From Candidatus Marsarchaeota G1 archaeon BE_D (GTDB taxonomy: Archaea > Thermoproteota > Thermoprotei_A > Marsarchaeales > Marsarchaeaceae), in NCBI GenBank assembly GCA_003019595.1, contig NEXD01000002.1, positions 13,137 to 77,136 on the forward strand: a stretch of DNA of 64,000 bases, read 5' to 3'. This document shows, in pieces, positions 39,566 to 49,695 of the stretch. The translations under genes and the position numbers were made by a program. The notes under the pieces are model-generated. The model did not search any database, had not been told where the DNA came from, and was given only the letters and a program-made list of their open reading frames with translations. Position 1 is the first letter of the stretch. Every line of letters begins with the position of its first letter.

Positions 39566-40273
39566 TTAGCGTCTACCCGCTCTTCTTGCGCTTATATGGC
39601 CAACTTTTCTTCCTGGAGGGAGTCTTCTACTTACTGTTGTCGATCTGCTCACTGATGGGTGATTTCCGCCACCATGTGGATGACTCACAGCATTCATGGC
39701 CACACCTCTTACACGTGGATATTTTGCCGCCTTGGCCTTCATTAAATGGTATTTCGCACCTGCTTTAAGAAATGGTTTTTCAATACGCCCACTAGCGGCA
39801 ACTACACCAATTGTAGCTAAACAAGTAGAAGACAAAACTTTACTAGAACCAGAAGGAAGACTCACTACAACTCCTTGTTCAACATGTGACACTAGCGTGC
39901 AATAACTTCCAGATGAGCGTGCTAGTTTGCCTCCATCACCAGCTCTTAATTCAACATTAAAAATTTTTGTGCCATCTGGAATTTCAGAAAGCGGAAGTAT
40001 ATTTCCATTAGCTGGTGCGGCTTTTGGCCCCATTTGAATTACTTGACCAACGTACATGCCTTCTGCAGCTACAGTAAGAAAAGTGCCCTCTTTATAGCGT
40101 ATTTTGGCAAGGGGAGCGCCTCTACCTGGGTCATGAATCAATTCTGTAACTACTCCTTCAACAAGTGGTTCATTTATAGAGGGATATTTTGCTGGCCCTT
40201 TCTTTTTCCATGCAGGACTACGAAAAACTGACGTTCCTCTTCCTTCTCTCCTTGGTAAAATTCTTTTGCCCAT
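39566..40273 (-). CDS. rpl2: ribosomal protein uL2
   Basis: HDPGRGAP, VRGVAMNAVSHPHGGG. Confidence 0.98.
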   Translation of the reverse strand: MGKRILPRREGRGTSVFRSPAWKKKGPAKYPSINEPLVEGVVTELIHDPGRGAPLAKIRYKEGTFLTVAAEGMYVGQVIQMGPKAAPANGNILPLSEIPDGTKIFNVELRAGDGGKLARSSGSYCTLVSHVEQGVVVSLPSGSSKVLSSTCLATIGVVAASGRIEKPFLKAGAKYHLMKAKAAKYPRVRGVAMNAVSHPHGGGNHPSVSRSTTVSRRLPPGRKVGHISARRAGRR

Positions 40274-40286
40274 TTACGTCACCCAC

Positions 40287-40583
40287 CTAAAGAATACCAA
40301 GTCTAGTAGCAATTTCTTGTGCTTTGTATTGGGGAGATAGTCTAACATAGGCTTTTTTACGATTTGTAGGCGTGTTGACTGTGCGTACCTTCATTACTTT
40401 TACTCCAAATTGATATTCCACCGCTTTTTTGATTTCTGATTTTGTAGCATTACGGGCTACTTCAAAAACTAGCGTGTTTTGTTTTTCGATTAAACCAGTT
40501 GTTTTTTCTGTCACCCAAGGTCTTATAAGCACGTTTGAAAGCCCTATTGATTTATTTAGATTTGTATTTTTTGTTTCACTCAT
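40287..40583 (-). CDS. rpl23: ribosomal protein uL23
   Basis: TEK, KKAYVRL. Confidence 0.97.
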   Translation of the reverse strand: MSETKNTNLNKSIGLSNVLIRPWVTEKTTGLIEKQNTLVFEVARNATKSEIKKAVEYQFGVKVMKVRTVNTPTNRKKAYVRLSPQYKAQEIATRLGIL

Positions 40584-41379
40584 AGCTATTCACTCTTTCA
40601 ACAAGTTTTTTTAGAGCAGATTCACTGAAAATTGTTAGCCTTCCTGCTCTACCTCCTGGAGCAAGATGAGCCACATTAAGCAAATTGACTGCTACAATGT
40701 CAACACCAGGTATGTTTCTAAAAGCCTTTATAGCCGAGCAATTATTACTTGAAACCACAACAAGTGGTCCTACTGGTTTCTTCAGTTTACGACCCCTCAT
40801 TTTTCCCTTTCCAGCCCTTATCGTGGTGTTCTTTTTTACGCGTAGTATATCATTATAAACGCCAATCTTTTGCATAAAGAATGATGCTTCTCTTGTCTTT
40901 TCTAAGGTTTCCAAGTCATCCTTAACTATAATAGGAAGTGCTTTAATTTTTTCTTGATCAAATTTATGACCGCGTAATTTCACAAATTCTTTTTTTGAAG
41001 TGGCTGCGAGAGCCGAAACGAAAGCTAGTCTTTTTTCTTTTATGTTGATTAACTCGATAATTTTCTTTTCAACCCGTGGCGGATGAGGTTTATAACCACC
41101 GCGAGTCATAGGAGCAAAACCAGCCCTTCCATTAACATGTCGTGGGACACGCGCAAGTTCAAGACCAGTTCCAAAACTTCTCACCGACACTTTTTTACCG
41201 GCGAGCGGATCTCGGCCTTGTGGTTGTTTTCTCGAAGTGAAAATTGCAAGATATGCTCTTTTAATAAGGTCTTTTCTTACAGGCATAGCAAAAAAGCTCG
41301 GAAGATCGATTTCACCAATTACCTCTCCGTCGAGAGAATATAGCGGGACAGCTACTTTCTGAATCGTTTCTATCGACAT
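40576..41379 (-). CDS. rpl4: ribosomal protein uL4
   Basis: ARVPR, RAGKGKMRGR, LAPGG. Confidence 0.97.
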   Translation of the reverse strand: MSIETIQKVAVPLYSLDGEVIGEIDLPSFFAMPVRKDLIKRAYLAIFTSRKQPQGRDPLAGKKVSVRSFGTGLELARVPRHVNGRAGFAPMTRGGYKPHPPRVEKKIIELINIKEKRLAFVSALAATSKKEFVKLRGHKFDQEKIKALPIIVKDDLETLEKTREASFFMQKIGVYNDILRVKKNTTIRAGKGKMRGRKLKKPVGPLVVVSSNNCSAIKAFRNIPGVDIVAVNLLNVAHLAPGGRAGRLTIFSESALKKLVERVNSYE

Positions 41380-41385
41380 TTCCTA

Positions 41386-42372
41386 TCACCTAATTGCTAA
41401 ATATTCCATTAGAGGTGTTTCTTTAGGTAACGCTTTGTAGCTTCTTATTGCTTTTCTTAGTAGTATTAATCGTTTTACAGGACCTGGCACTGAGCCGCTT
41501 ATAAATAATAGTGTGGATTTTGGTACGCCATAATGCTTGAATCCAGCTTTGGGAATTAATTTTTCTGTCGGCTCTTCTATTCTAACTAGAATTTTATTAA
41601 GGTCGACCCTATTATGATAGCCCATTTGACCTGCTCGCGGTGCGCTTGACATTACTGCTCCAGGTGTAGAGGGTGAATCAGCACCTGGTCCTCTTTTTGT
41701 CTTCTTAGCTTTTTTCTTTGGTATAATCTTTATTCCAAACCTCGCCACAGGCCCTTCATAGCCTTTCCCCTTTGTTACCGCAATCGCATCAAGCGTTTCA
41801 GGCGGAGAAAATACCTCTTTTACGGATATTTCCTTTCCAAGCTTTTCGAGGTAACGAAGTTGTTCATTCAAACTACCACCGAGTGGTATCTCTAAAATTT
41901 CTGGTTTCTTTTTGCGTATACCTGATTTTACTGGTTGAGTGGCCACAATCAACGAAATTCTTTTTGCGTTGTTTTTTAAACTTTCAACTATTAATGTCTC
42001 ATCTTTTTTCTTTTTAGGTAGAGTTAATACTCTCGATAATTCTTTTGGCGGGTTTTTGGCCCATATTTCACCAAGTGCGATTTCAGAGCCAAATTGATCT
42101 ATTCCATAAAATCTTAATGCGACTAACACCACTGGTGGTGCTTCAAGTAATGTTATCGCCATAAACACTTCCTTACCGTAAGTTGGACTGGTTGGAAAGT
42201 TATCACGTATGATGGCGTGTGTCATACCGACTTTATAAGCGGGAAACCCAAGTGGCACGGCCTTTTCCAGTTTGGGCCAAGATCTTACACGTGGGATGAT
42301 AGAAGAAGCACGCTTTCTTGGCCTATAGCCTAACGAGCCATGCCTAGGAGCGCTCAGTTTTCTATGACCCAT
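41386..42372 (-). CDS. rpl3: ribosomal protein uL3
   Basis: PRHGSLG, YKVGMTH, RAGQMGYH. Confidence 0.98.
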   Translation of the reverse strand: MGHRKLSAPRHGSLGYRPRKRASSIIPRVRSWPKLEKAVPLGFPAYKVGMTHAIIRDNFPTSPTYGKEVFMAITLLEAPPVVLVALRFYGIDQFGSEIALGEIWAKNPPKELSRVLTLPKKKKDETLIVESLKNNAKRISLIVATQPVKSGIRKKKPEILEIPLGGSLNEQLRYLEKLGKEISVKEVFSPPETLDAIAVTKGKGYEGPVARFGIKIIPKKKAKKTKRGPGADSPSTPGAVMSSAPRAGQMGYHNRVDLNKILVRIEEPTEKLIPKAGFKHYGVPKSTLLFISGSVPGPVKRLILLRKAIRSYKALPKETPLMEYLAIR

Positions 42373-42397
42373 TTATTCCACCCACTGACTTGTTGTT

Positions 42398-42437
42398 GAA
42401 GTGATGCTAAAAGATAAGTTTTCCTTTTCATCACCTC
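42398..42437 (-). promoter_or_regulatory. hairpin in rpl3 operon leader
   Basis: GAGGUGAUG/CAUCACUUC (9 bp, one G-U) plus AAAAG/CUUUU. Confidence 0.5.
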
Positions 42438-42525
42438 ATTATACAAATACAGAAATGCACCGACCTATACATTGTTCAAAGAATAACTTATACCTTCCTT
42501 GATCAAAATATTATTTGGTGATGTT

Positions 42526-42621
42526 ATGGGAGGAAGACAGAGAACGGTAATTCTTGATGAGATCTTTAAAAAGAATGCAAATGAAAAGAAAGAGAATCAA
42601 AAGAAATCATCTGCTAAATGA
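42526..42621 (+). CDS. small basic ORF, 31 aa, unknown function
   Basis: MGGRQRTVILDEIFKKNANEKKENQKKSSAK preceded by GGTGA RBS. Confidence 0.5.
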   Translation: MGGRQRTVILDEIFKKNANEKKENQKKSSAK

Positions 42622-42644
42622 ATTTGTTAAGGTTTTGAAAAGAT

Positions 42645-43913
42645 ATGGAAGTTAATATAAAATTTTTAGGCGGAGCATTAGAAGTTGGTAAGGAAGGCAT
42701 TCTTTTAACTAACGGTATCACAAAAATTCTACTTGATTACGGTAGTACCGTATCTGATGAAAAACCAAAATTTCCAGAACATGTCCGTCCATCAGAAATT
42801 GAAGCGATAATACTATCACACGCCCATCTTGATCACTCTGGAGCATTACCTTATTTATACGTGAGCGGAGCACCAGAGTTGTTGGCAACTCAGGCGACGA
42901 TTAAACTCAGTAAACTTTTACTAAAAGACTTTCTGAAAATATCTGGTGATTATTTGCCTTACGAAACAAAAGATATAGAAGCTCTTGAAAAACACGCACA
43001 TTGTGTGGAATATAAAGAAAGAATTGTTAGAAAGAATTTCGAAGCCACTTTCCTCAACGCCGGACATATTCCCGGTAGTATGATCAGTGTGATTGAAATT
43101 GGTTCAAAAACCATCGTATTTACAGGCGATTTTAACACTATTCCAACGCGTTTAGTAAAAGAGGCTGAACCCAATGTTCCACCTGCAGACGCAATTATTA
43201 TGGAGGGCACATATACAGAAAAGGACCATCCTGATAGAAATGAAATGGAAAGGCTTCTTGTAGAAGAAGTGAAAAACGTTGTTGAAAGCGGTGGTGTGGT
43301 TTTAATTCCGGCTTTTTCGGTTGGTAGATCCCATGAGATCATTATGGTTCTGAGAGAACTCGGTTACGATGGTGAAATACATTTAGATGGTATGGCTAGA
43401 GAAGCGGCCGAAATTAGTTTAAAAAATCCATCCTTTCTTAAAGACGCAAAAAAGTTCGAGAAAGTCTTAGAGTCTATAAACTGGATTGATAGATGGTCTG
43501 AACGAAGAAAAGCCGTAAAAATGCCAGGTGTTATCGTGTCACCAGCTGGTATGTTGCGTGGTGGTGCAGCGGTTTTCTATATGGAAAAGGTTGCATTTTC
43601 CAGTAAAAATGCAATTTTTATTGTGAGTTACCAAGCAAACAACACACCAGGAAGAATGTTACTAGACACTAAGAGCGTTGTTTTACACGGAAAAAGAAAG
43701 AAAGTTGAAGCTGAGATAAAGACTTTTGATTTTTCTTCGCATTGCGGAAGAAAAGAGTTGATTGAATTTATAAAGAATCTAAAAGGTGAACCAAAAGTCT
43801 TTCTCGTACACGGAGAAGCTGAAAACTTAAAGAAATTTGCACAAGAAGCTTCAGAAAAAACTGGACATCAAGTTTTTGCACCAGCAAACGGAGAAAATGT
43901 TGTTATTCACTAA
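42645..43913 (+). CDS. beta-CASP metallo-beta-lactamase ribonuclease (aCPSF2-like)
   Basis: SHAHLDHSG, AGHIPGS, TGDF, FSSH, LVHGE. Confidence 0.92.
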   Translation: MEVNIKFLGGALEVGKEGILLTNGITKILLDYGSTVSDEKPKFPEHVRPSEIEAIILSHAHLDHSGALPYLYVSGAPELLATQATIKLSKLLLKDFLKISGDYLPYETKDIEALEKHAHCVEYKERIVRKNFEATFLNAGHIPGSMISVIEIGSKTIVFTGDFNTIPTRLVKEAEPNVPPADAIIMEGTYTEKDHPDRNEMERLLVEEVKNVVESGGVVLIPAFSVGRSHEIIMVLRELGYDGEIHLDGMAREAAEISLKNPSFLKDAKKFEKVLESINWIDRWSERRKAVKMPGVIVSPAGMLRGGAAVFYMEKVAFSSKNAIFIVSYQANNTPGRMLLDTKSVVLHGKRKKVEAEIKTFDFSSHCGRKELIEFIKNLKGEPKVFLVHGEAENLKKFAQEASEKTGHQVFAPANGENVVIH

Positions 43914-43966
43914 TCCTCATGGCTAACGGATAATACTTAAGTTTGTCTGAAAAGTGATTTGGTATA

Positions 43967-44040
43967 GGGGCTGTCAGCTAGCCTGGCTAGGCGGCAAGCC
44001 TTGGGCGCTTGCGACCAGGGTTCAAATCCCTGCAGCCCCA
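43967..44040 (+). tRNA. tRNA-Pro(UGG)
   Basis: Acceptor GGGGCUG/CAGCCCC, anticodon arm CAAGC-CUUGGGC-GCUUG, T arm CAGGG-UUCAAAU-CCCUG. Confidence 0.93.
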
Positions 44041-44072
44041 TTAAACAAAACTACTTTAAAGGGGTATAGCAT

Positions 44073-45308
44073 TTGCTAAGTATGCGAGAAGATCTAGTTC
44101 AAGAGGCTATTTCTAAAAGAATTCCATTACATAAAATTGCAGAAGTCTTTGGTGTGGACGAAAACGAAGCCGCAAAGATTCGTGCAAAAATTTTAGAAAT
44201 AAAAACGAACACAAAACTAAACAAGGTTTCTTCGATAATCTTTGATTTTAACAAACTGGTTGGTAAAAATATAGAAAATCCGATAGGCGGAGTCGCCTTA
44301 CCTGTAGGTGTGGTAGGCCCAATTCTAATAAAAGGAGATTATGCCAATGGTGAATTGTATCTGCCTATCGCGACAACGGAAGGAGCGTTGGTCGCATCAG
44401 TAAATAGAGGCGCTAATGCCACGTTTAAGAGTGGAGGGATAAAGACAAAAATTCTAAAAGATTATATGACACGAGCTCCCGTGTTTAAAACGCAGTCGTT
44501 AGAAATGAGTTTGGCAGTAAAAGAATGGATTGAAAAAAATTTCGAGGAATTAAAAAAAGTTGCTGAAAGTACCACAAGGCACGGTAAGCTTATTGACGCA
44601 ACTTCTTTTGTGATAGGAAACAATTTGTTTGTGCGCTTTTCATTTACGACAAGCGACGCTATGGGAATGAACATGGTCACGATCGCCTCAGAAAGGATGT
44701 GTAGGTTGATTGAAAGAGAAACTGGAGCAAAACTTGTTTCTTTGAGTGGAAACCTGTGTTCTGATAAAAAGTCTTCATTGGTTAATGTTTTACTAGGAAG
44801 GGGTAAAAACGTTGTAGCAGAATGTGTTATTAAGAGTAGTGTTATTAAAGAAGTGCTGAAAACTACTGCGTCAGAAATTGTTGATGTAAATATAAGAAAA
44901 AACATGCTTGGAAGCGCTTTGGCAGGATCCTTTTCGCAAAACGCGCATTTTGCAAACATAATCGCTGGAGCATTTATCGCACTTGGTCAAGATGTGGCTC
45001 AAACAGTTGAATCAAGTCAAGGTTATGTTTTCGCCGAACAAAGGGGGGACGATTTATATTTTTCAATCACGCTTCCAAATCTTGAAATAGGCACAGTTGG
45101 TGGAGGTACTGCTCTTGATGCACAAAGGGAGTTGCTAGAGTTGACTGGGGCTTTAAAAGCGAAAGAAGGTGAAAGGGCCAAATGGTTGGCAGAAGTGATT
45201 GCGGCTGGTGTTCTTTGCGGCGAGCTTTCGTTACTTGCAGCGCTTGCCTCTAACACTTTAGCTGAGTCTCACATAAAACTTGGAAGAGGGTTAAAGACTG
45301 AACGTTAG
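44073..45308 (+). CDS. hmgA: HMG-CoA reductase (class I)
   Basis: ENPIG, TTEGALVAS, DAMGMN, GTVGGGT. Confidence 0.97.
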   Translation: MLSMREDLVQEAISKRIPLHKIAEVFGVDENEAAKIRAKILEIKTNTKLNKVSSIIFDFNKLVGKNIENPIGGVALPVGVVGPILIKGDYANGELYLPIATTEGALVASVNRGANATFKSGGIKTKILKDYMTRAPVFKTQSLEMSLAVKEWIEKNFEELKKVAESTTRHGKLIDATSFVIGNNLFVRFSFTTSDAMGMNMVTIASERMCRLIERETGAKLVSLSGNLCSDKKSSLVNVLLGRGKNVVAECVIKSSVIKEVLKTTASEIVDVNIRKNMLGSALAGSFSQNAHFANIIAGAFIALGQDVAQTVESSQGYVFAEQRGDDLYFSITLPNLEIGTVGGGTALDAQRELLELTGALKAKEGERAKWLAEVIAAGVLCGELSLLAALASNTLAESHIKLGRGLKTER

Positions 45309-46001
45309 ATTAGGTAAACTTGTGAATATTGTTTGGTTGACCAAATATACAGGACAAGTGTTGTATAAAGCGAATAAAAAGCAATCATTTATTTGAAGTA
45401 GTATATAAGACGTCTCGTTAAAACTTTTAATTACCAATTTTCCGTTAACTTGAGGGTTTTCTCTGATCCATGAAGCTAAAAAGATATACAAATTTTGCGT
45501 AGAATCTTTTTGATGAATTAAAGATAAGACTTTACCAAATAAAGACTCGCTTATCGAAAATCTTACTGGAATCTCTAACTCCATTTTTTCATGCAAAAAT
45601 AATCCTTGTTTTTGCAAATAAATGTTCGAACTGATATAAATTAAAGGATAATAATTTTTCAAACCATAATATCCCAAAACGTAATTAGTAACGTTTGCAA
45701 GATAAGTATAACCATAAAGTGTATACAGAATTTGCGTATTTGTTTTGAGTTTATTTTCAATATAAAATAATAATTTTATATAGCTTTCATTAGTTAAAAT
45801 ATAAGAAAATTGATTCAAAAAATTCTTTGTGGTTTCATATGCTAACCATTCGTTGTAATATCTAGTGCTGTAAATCAAAACCGCAAGGCTTGGGTATATT
45901 TCTAAACTTGTGGTGACGGAGTATAGATAAAGCTCAAAGCCAATTAGCATAACCAACAAAACAAGCGCCACAACTGTAGTTAAAAAACCCTTTTTAGCCA
46001 A
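45291..46001 (-). CDS. pilin-like/secreted protein with class III signal peptide
   Basis: MAKKG|FLTTVVALVLLVML N-terminus. Confidence 0.6.
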   Translation of the reverse strand: MAKKGFLTTVVALVLLVMLIGFELYLYSVTTSLEIYPSLAVLIYSTRYYNEWLAYETTKNFLNQFSYILTNESYIKLLFYIENKLKTNTQILYTLYGYTYLANVTNYVLGYYGLKNYYPLIYISSNIYLQKQGLFLHEKMELEIPVRFSISESLFGKVLSLIHQKDSTQNLYIFLASWIRENPQVNGKLVIKSFNETSYILLQINDCFLFALYNTCPVYLVNQTIFTSLPNLTFSL

Positions 46002-46241
46002 CTTTAATCACCATTCTTATGGTTGACACGCTTATGGTCAAGTTGTTTGTCGAATGGTTTGCCTCAAACAAACAAGAAACGCTTGGACAATTCTGGAATA
46101 GTTGAGCGAATAATTGCGTTATCTTTTGTTGATTTTCTATTTTTGCATGGAAATTTTGAAGAAGAACATTGTTTATGCCGCTCGTTACGAGTAACAAAAA
46201 AATATCGCCAATACGAGAATTACGTCAAGTGTTGAGATCAA
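45994..46241 (-). CDS. small pilin-like membrane protein, frameshift in T7 run (46196-46202)
   Basis: GGTGA RBS then MISTLDVILVLAIFF; one extra T joins ORF 45994-46197. Confidence 0.55.
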
Positions 46242-46243
46242 AG

Positions 46244-46405
46244 CTATATATCACCCCAATAGAGTTGACCCTGCGCGTAACCAATGACTTTTAGTATTTC
46301 TGATATAGAATGCGTAATTTGATTTATAAAAAAATGTGTAGTCAATATTAATAAAATCGAACACAAGATAGTCGAAAAAAATTCGATGAGTGATGTCATG
46401 AACAT
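46244..46405 (-). CDS. small pilin-like membrane protein
   Basis: MFMTSLIEFFSTILCSILLIL hydrophobic N-terminus; tightly packed operon. Confidence 0.5.
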   Translation of the reverse strand: MFMTSLIEFFSTILCSILLILTTHFFINQITHSISEILKVIGYAQGQLYWGDI

Positions 46406-46779
46406 TTTACCTCTTGTAAGAGCAAGGGGGAAGTGGTGCCATTTATCATAATACACTCGTCATTATAGTTAAATGTTAAATTCACATATGAAAAATCAAA
46501 AGGAAAGACTGTTATAAATCTGGAATTATTAACAAAAAAGACTGCATGCGTTCCATTTGTTTGCAAATTCACCAAACCCTTTGGCACCTTGATTAAGACT
46601 ATCACCTTAAAGAGTTGAGCGTAACCAATGGTATCAAAAAGGTAATTCATTCTTTCTTGGGTGAGAGCTTTCATTCCTTGTTTTACTAACGGAATGGTTT
46701 CGCTAACAACTTCATTTAAGAAATATCCTGAAGTTATCACCATAAGCAATATTAAGAAGGTTTCAAACAAGAGCTCCAA
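46396..46779 (-). CDS. pilin-like membrane-anchored protein
   Basis: MELLFETFLILLMVI N-terminal helix, Asn-rich C-terminus. Confidence 0.55.
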   Translation of the reverse strand: MELLFETFLILLMVITSGYFLNEVVSETIPLVKQGMKALTQERMNYLFDTIGYAQLFKVIVLIKVPKGLVNLQTNGTHAVFFVNNSRFITVFPFDFSYVNLTFNYNDECIMINGTTSPLLLQEVKCS

Positions 46780-46832
46780 AGTTTGTCTAAAATATTATTC
46801 AAGTAAGCTTTTGCCTTTTATCGAAGGTAATA

Positions 46833-48242
46833 ATGATGAACCTAACAATAGGATGGGATGCTAGTAGAGTGGTTTTCTCTCAGAGTATAGACAAAATGGA
46901 TTTTTCGCTTTATACAAAAGCAAAAAAAGAGACGGTTTTTATTTTAGACCGACTAGTTTTGGTAATCGATGAAAAAAAGCTTTTTAAATTCGTGTTCCCG
47001 CGTACGAACAAAATCGCAAGTTATAATTTAGGACCATTCACAATAGAAATAAATGGTGGAGATTGGCCTAGCTACAATTGGAAAGCCCAAAATTTAGAAT
47101 ATATTAATACGGTTATAGAGGAAATTGTAAAAGAAAAAATTTATGTAGAAAGCTATAGCAACATGTTTGGTGAGATTTTCGAAAGTCTAAGACGATATGC
47201 AGAACACAAAATCTCGTTTTATGCAAAAAATTGGAACAAAGAAATACCCGTTTTTTGCGTTCTTTCTGCACTTGGGCTTACGCCTATAGCGCCATTAATC
47301 ATCGACGACAAAATCGAAGAAATTTATCTTGATAGACCTGGCTCATTGTGTTATATAGATCACGCGGAATTTGGAAGATTATGGTATCCATATATCGTAA
47401 CAAGATTGTGTCTTAAAAGATTAGGTTTTTATGCACAACTTTCTTCGTCAGGAACGCTCAGCCTTAGCACAAACACCATAAAAGCGCATATCGTAACTGA
47501 TTTCTTCCATTTACGAGTAAATGTGGACTCAGAACCATTAGCCTTCGATGGAGGTTCTTGCATTATTAGAAAATTCAACTTTACGCGTATGAATTTATAT
47601 AATTTAATAGAAAGAGGTACTTTAACTAAAGAGTGCGCCGCTTTGCTTATCGGTTTGATTAACGCAGGTTATAATCTTTTTGTGTGCGGCTTGCCAAGAA
47701 GTGGCAAAACGACCTTGTGTAACGCTTTACTACAATTCGTAAACAAGGAGTGGAGAAAAGTTTACATAGAAGATGTTGTGGAAACCTCTACCCCTTTGCC
47801 GCAAGACAAAGTGGTAAGATTCAGTACCGAATCAAGCTATAACACCGATAAGCTTTTTGAAGTAACAAAAACTCTGCACAGATCACCAGACTTGGTTTTT
47901 GTGGGAGAACTGCAAACTAGAGAGCAAACGCTTGCAGCGGCTACTCTGCTCAATATTGGCATACCTTCTATTCAAACTGTTCACTCAAAGACAGTTGAAG
48001 GACTATTAAAAAGATGGAGAGAAATTTACGGATTGAAAGAAGCTGGATCTATTTTTTATGCATGCTTTATGGAACGATTTAACAACCAAAGATTGGTTGA
48101 TAGAGTTGAACAAATCTTAGTGCAAAACGAGCAAGTGCATGTCACAACATTATACAAACAAGGGGAAATTCATTATGATGTAATAAAAGCACTCGGATTA
48201 GAAAAAGTGTTTCAGGATGGACTTAAAGCGCTTATATTATAG
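46833..48242 (+). CDS. type II/IV secretion (TadA/VirB11-like) ATPase
   Basis: Walker A GLPRSGKTT, Asp box IEDVVE, PDLVFVGEL, TVH. Confidence 0.92.
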   Translation: MMNLTIGWDASRVVFSQSIDKMDFSLYTKAKKETVFILDRLVLVIDEKKLFKFVFPRTNKIASYNLGPFTIEINGGDWPSYNWKAQNLEYINTVIEEIVKEKIYVESYSNMFGEIFESLRRYAEHKISFYAKNWNKEIPVFCVLSALGLTPIAPLIIDDKIEEIYLDRPGSLCYIDHAEFGRLWYPYIVTRLCLKRLGFYAQLSSSGTLSLSTNTIKAHIVTDFFHLRVNVDSEPLAFDGGSCIIRKFNFTRMNLYNLIERGTLTKECAALLIGLINAGYNLFVCGLPRSGKTTLCNALLQFVNKEWRKVYIEDVVETSTPLPQDKVVRFSTESSYNTDKLFEVTKTLHRSPDLVFVGELQTREQTLAAATLLNIGIPSIQTVHSKTVEGLLKRWREIYGLKEAGSIFYACFMERFNNQRLVDRVEQILVQNEQVHVTTLYKQGEIHYDVIKALGLEKVFQDGLKALIL

Positions 48243-49413
48243 AAAGGCGCTGTTATTCATTATTTTCATTTGCCTAGCCTTGTTAGCTATGCGTTTTAGC
48301 GTGCTTTTGCCAGCGTTAATAATGCCGCTATCAAATTTGTTCGATGACAAAAAGGAGACTTCTTTTTTTATAAAGGTAATGAATCAAAATTTAAAACATG
48401 TGATGACGAAGATAGGCATTAATCCGCAAAAAGTGGATATTGTGATCAAAGGGGAGTTTAGAGTGTTAAGAAACAGTCACACAAGAGTCTTAATTAATGA
48501 ATATATTTTGAGCAAACTTACCAGTTATAAATTGCAAGAGCTTTTACTCGAAAACGGAATTATACTCTTAATTGGCATGTCGACAGTGGGTTTGCTCACT
48601 TCGTATATTATTGGTTTGTTATATGGAAAAGCATTACTTAAGAGTCTGTTCGTTGCGCTTTTGCTAAGCGTATACGTAGTAAGAAAATACTCTATCACAC
48701 ACTTGGGCAATGCGTTGAACAAAAAGTGGGTTGAGGCTTGTTGTTACGTTTTTCTTGTAATGCTACTGTTAAATAAACTTCGTTTTATAAGATTAATACT
48801 ATTTGTTTCGGGGATGTTGTTTATATCTTTTTGTTATAAGAAACATAGATTGAGAAAGAGAAATGAAAAAGAAGAAAAAGAACTCTTTAATGGTTTAATT
48901 AATTCGTTGGGCACAAACCCATTTGCCTTTTCAAAAAGGATTTTACGTGCAATTAGTCAAAAAGGATTGGTCACAGCATCGCTTTTCGTTGAAAATCCTT
49001 CATCTTATGAGATTTTAAAAAATATGTCGATGCGCTTTTCTAACCCAGATTTTGGGGAAACGCTAAAGGCAATTTCAATTTCCGTTTCTCTTATAGGGTA
49101 TAATCCCAAATGGGCATCTTACGTTATCAAAATACGTAAATCACTCGAAAATGCAAAAACAAAGGTAAAGCATCAGTTAGCAAAAGTGCAACTAATGAGC
49201 TCTTTAATGTTTTTGATAACTGGCGTTAGCCTTTCTATTCTTTCTACAAATCCTATTTTCTCACTAAATTCGCTGGTTTCGTCTATCGTGCCCATTCTTT
49301 ATTTTGATTCTTGTTTTTTGGCGTTTTCTTTCATTTATTCTTCTGAGTTGACTTTTAGCACGCTCTTTTTTTGCACCATATTTTCAGAAATCGTCTTACT
49401 CTTTCTCAAGTAA
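48217..49413 (+). CDS. polytopic membrane protein, probable TadC-like pilus platform
   Basis: Many hydrophobic segments; directly downstream of the ATPase. Confidence 0.6.
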   Translation: MDLKRLYYRKALLFIIFICLALLAMRFSVLLPALIMPLSNLFDDKKETSFFIKVMNQNLKHVMTKIGINPQKVDIVIKGEFRVLRNSHTRVLINEYILSKLTSYKLQELLLENGIILLIGMSTVGLLTSYIIGLLYGKALLKSLFVALLLSVYVVRKYSITHLGNALNKKWVEACCYVFLVMLLLNKLRFIRLILFVSGMLFISFCYKKHRLRKRNEKEEKELFNGLINSLGTNPFAFSKRILRAISQKGLVTASLFVENPSSYEILKNMSMRFSNPDFGETLKAISISVSLIGYNPKWASYVIKIRKSLENAKTKVKHQLAKVQLMSSLMFLITGVSLSILSTNPIFSLNSLVSSIVPILYFDSCFLAFSFIYSSELTFSTLFFCTIFSEIVLLFLK

Positions 49414-49449
49414 ATTTTTCTCTTTAATGGAAAATATTATTGATGTGAA

Positions 49450-49686
49450 ATGTTGTTGGAACTACTAAGAAATAAAAGGGGTTCTCCGCTATTAGAAGAG
49501 GGGCTACTTGTCGGGCTTGCGTTGGTGCTTTTTGGTGTGCTTATATCAGCGATAATGGGAATTTTTGGATGGTTCCAAGCGGCTTCTCAACCATTGGGTA
49601 ATTTAGGTGGAGGATTGGGTACACTTTTTCAAGAAATTTTACAAGGATACTTAAAGATATTTAAATTTTTAACAGGGCAAGGGTAA
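49450..49686 (+). CDS. probable major pilin (class III signal peptide)
   Basis: RNKRG|SPLLEEGLLVGLALVLFGVLI; Glu at +5. Confidence 0.75.
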   Translation: MLLELLRNKRGSPLLEEGLLVGLALVLFGVLISAIMGIFGWFQAASQPLGNLGGGLGTLFQEILQGYLKIFKFLTGQG

Positions 49687-49695
49687 ATCGCAAAA

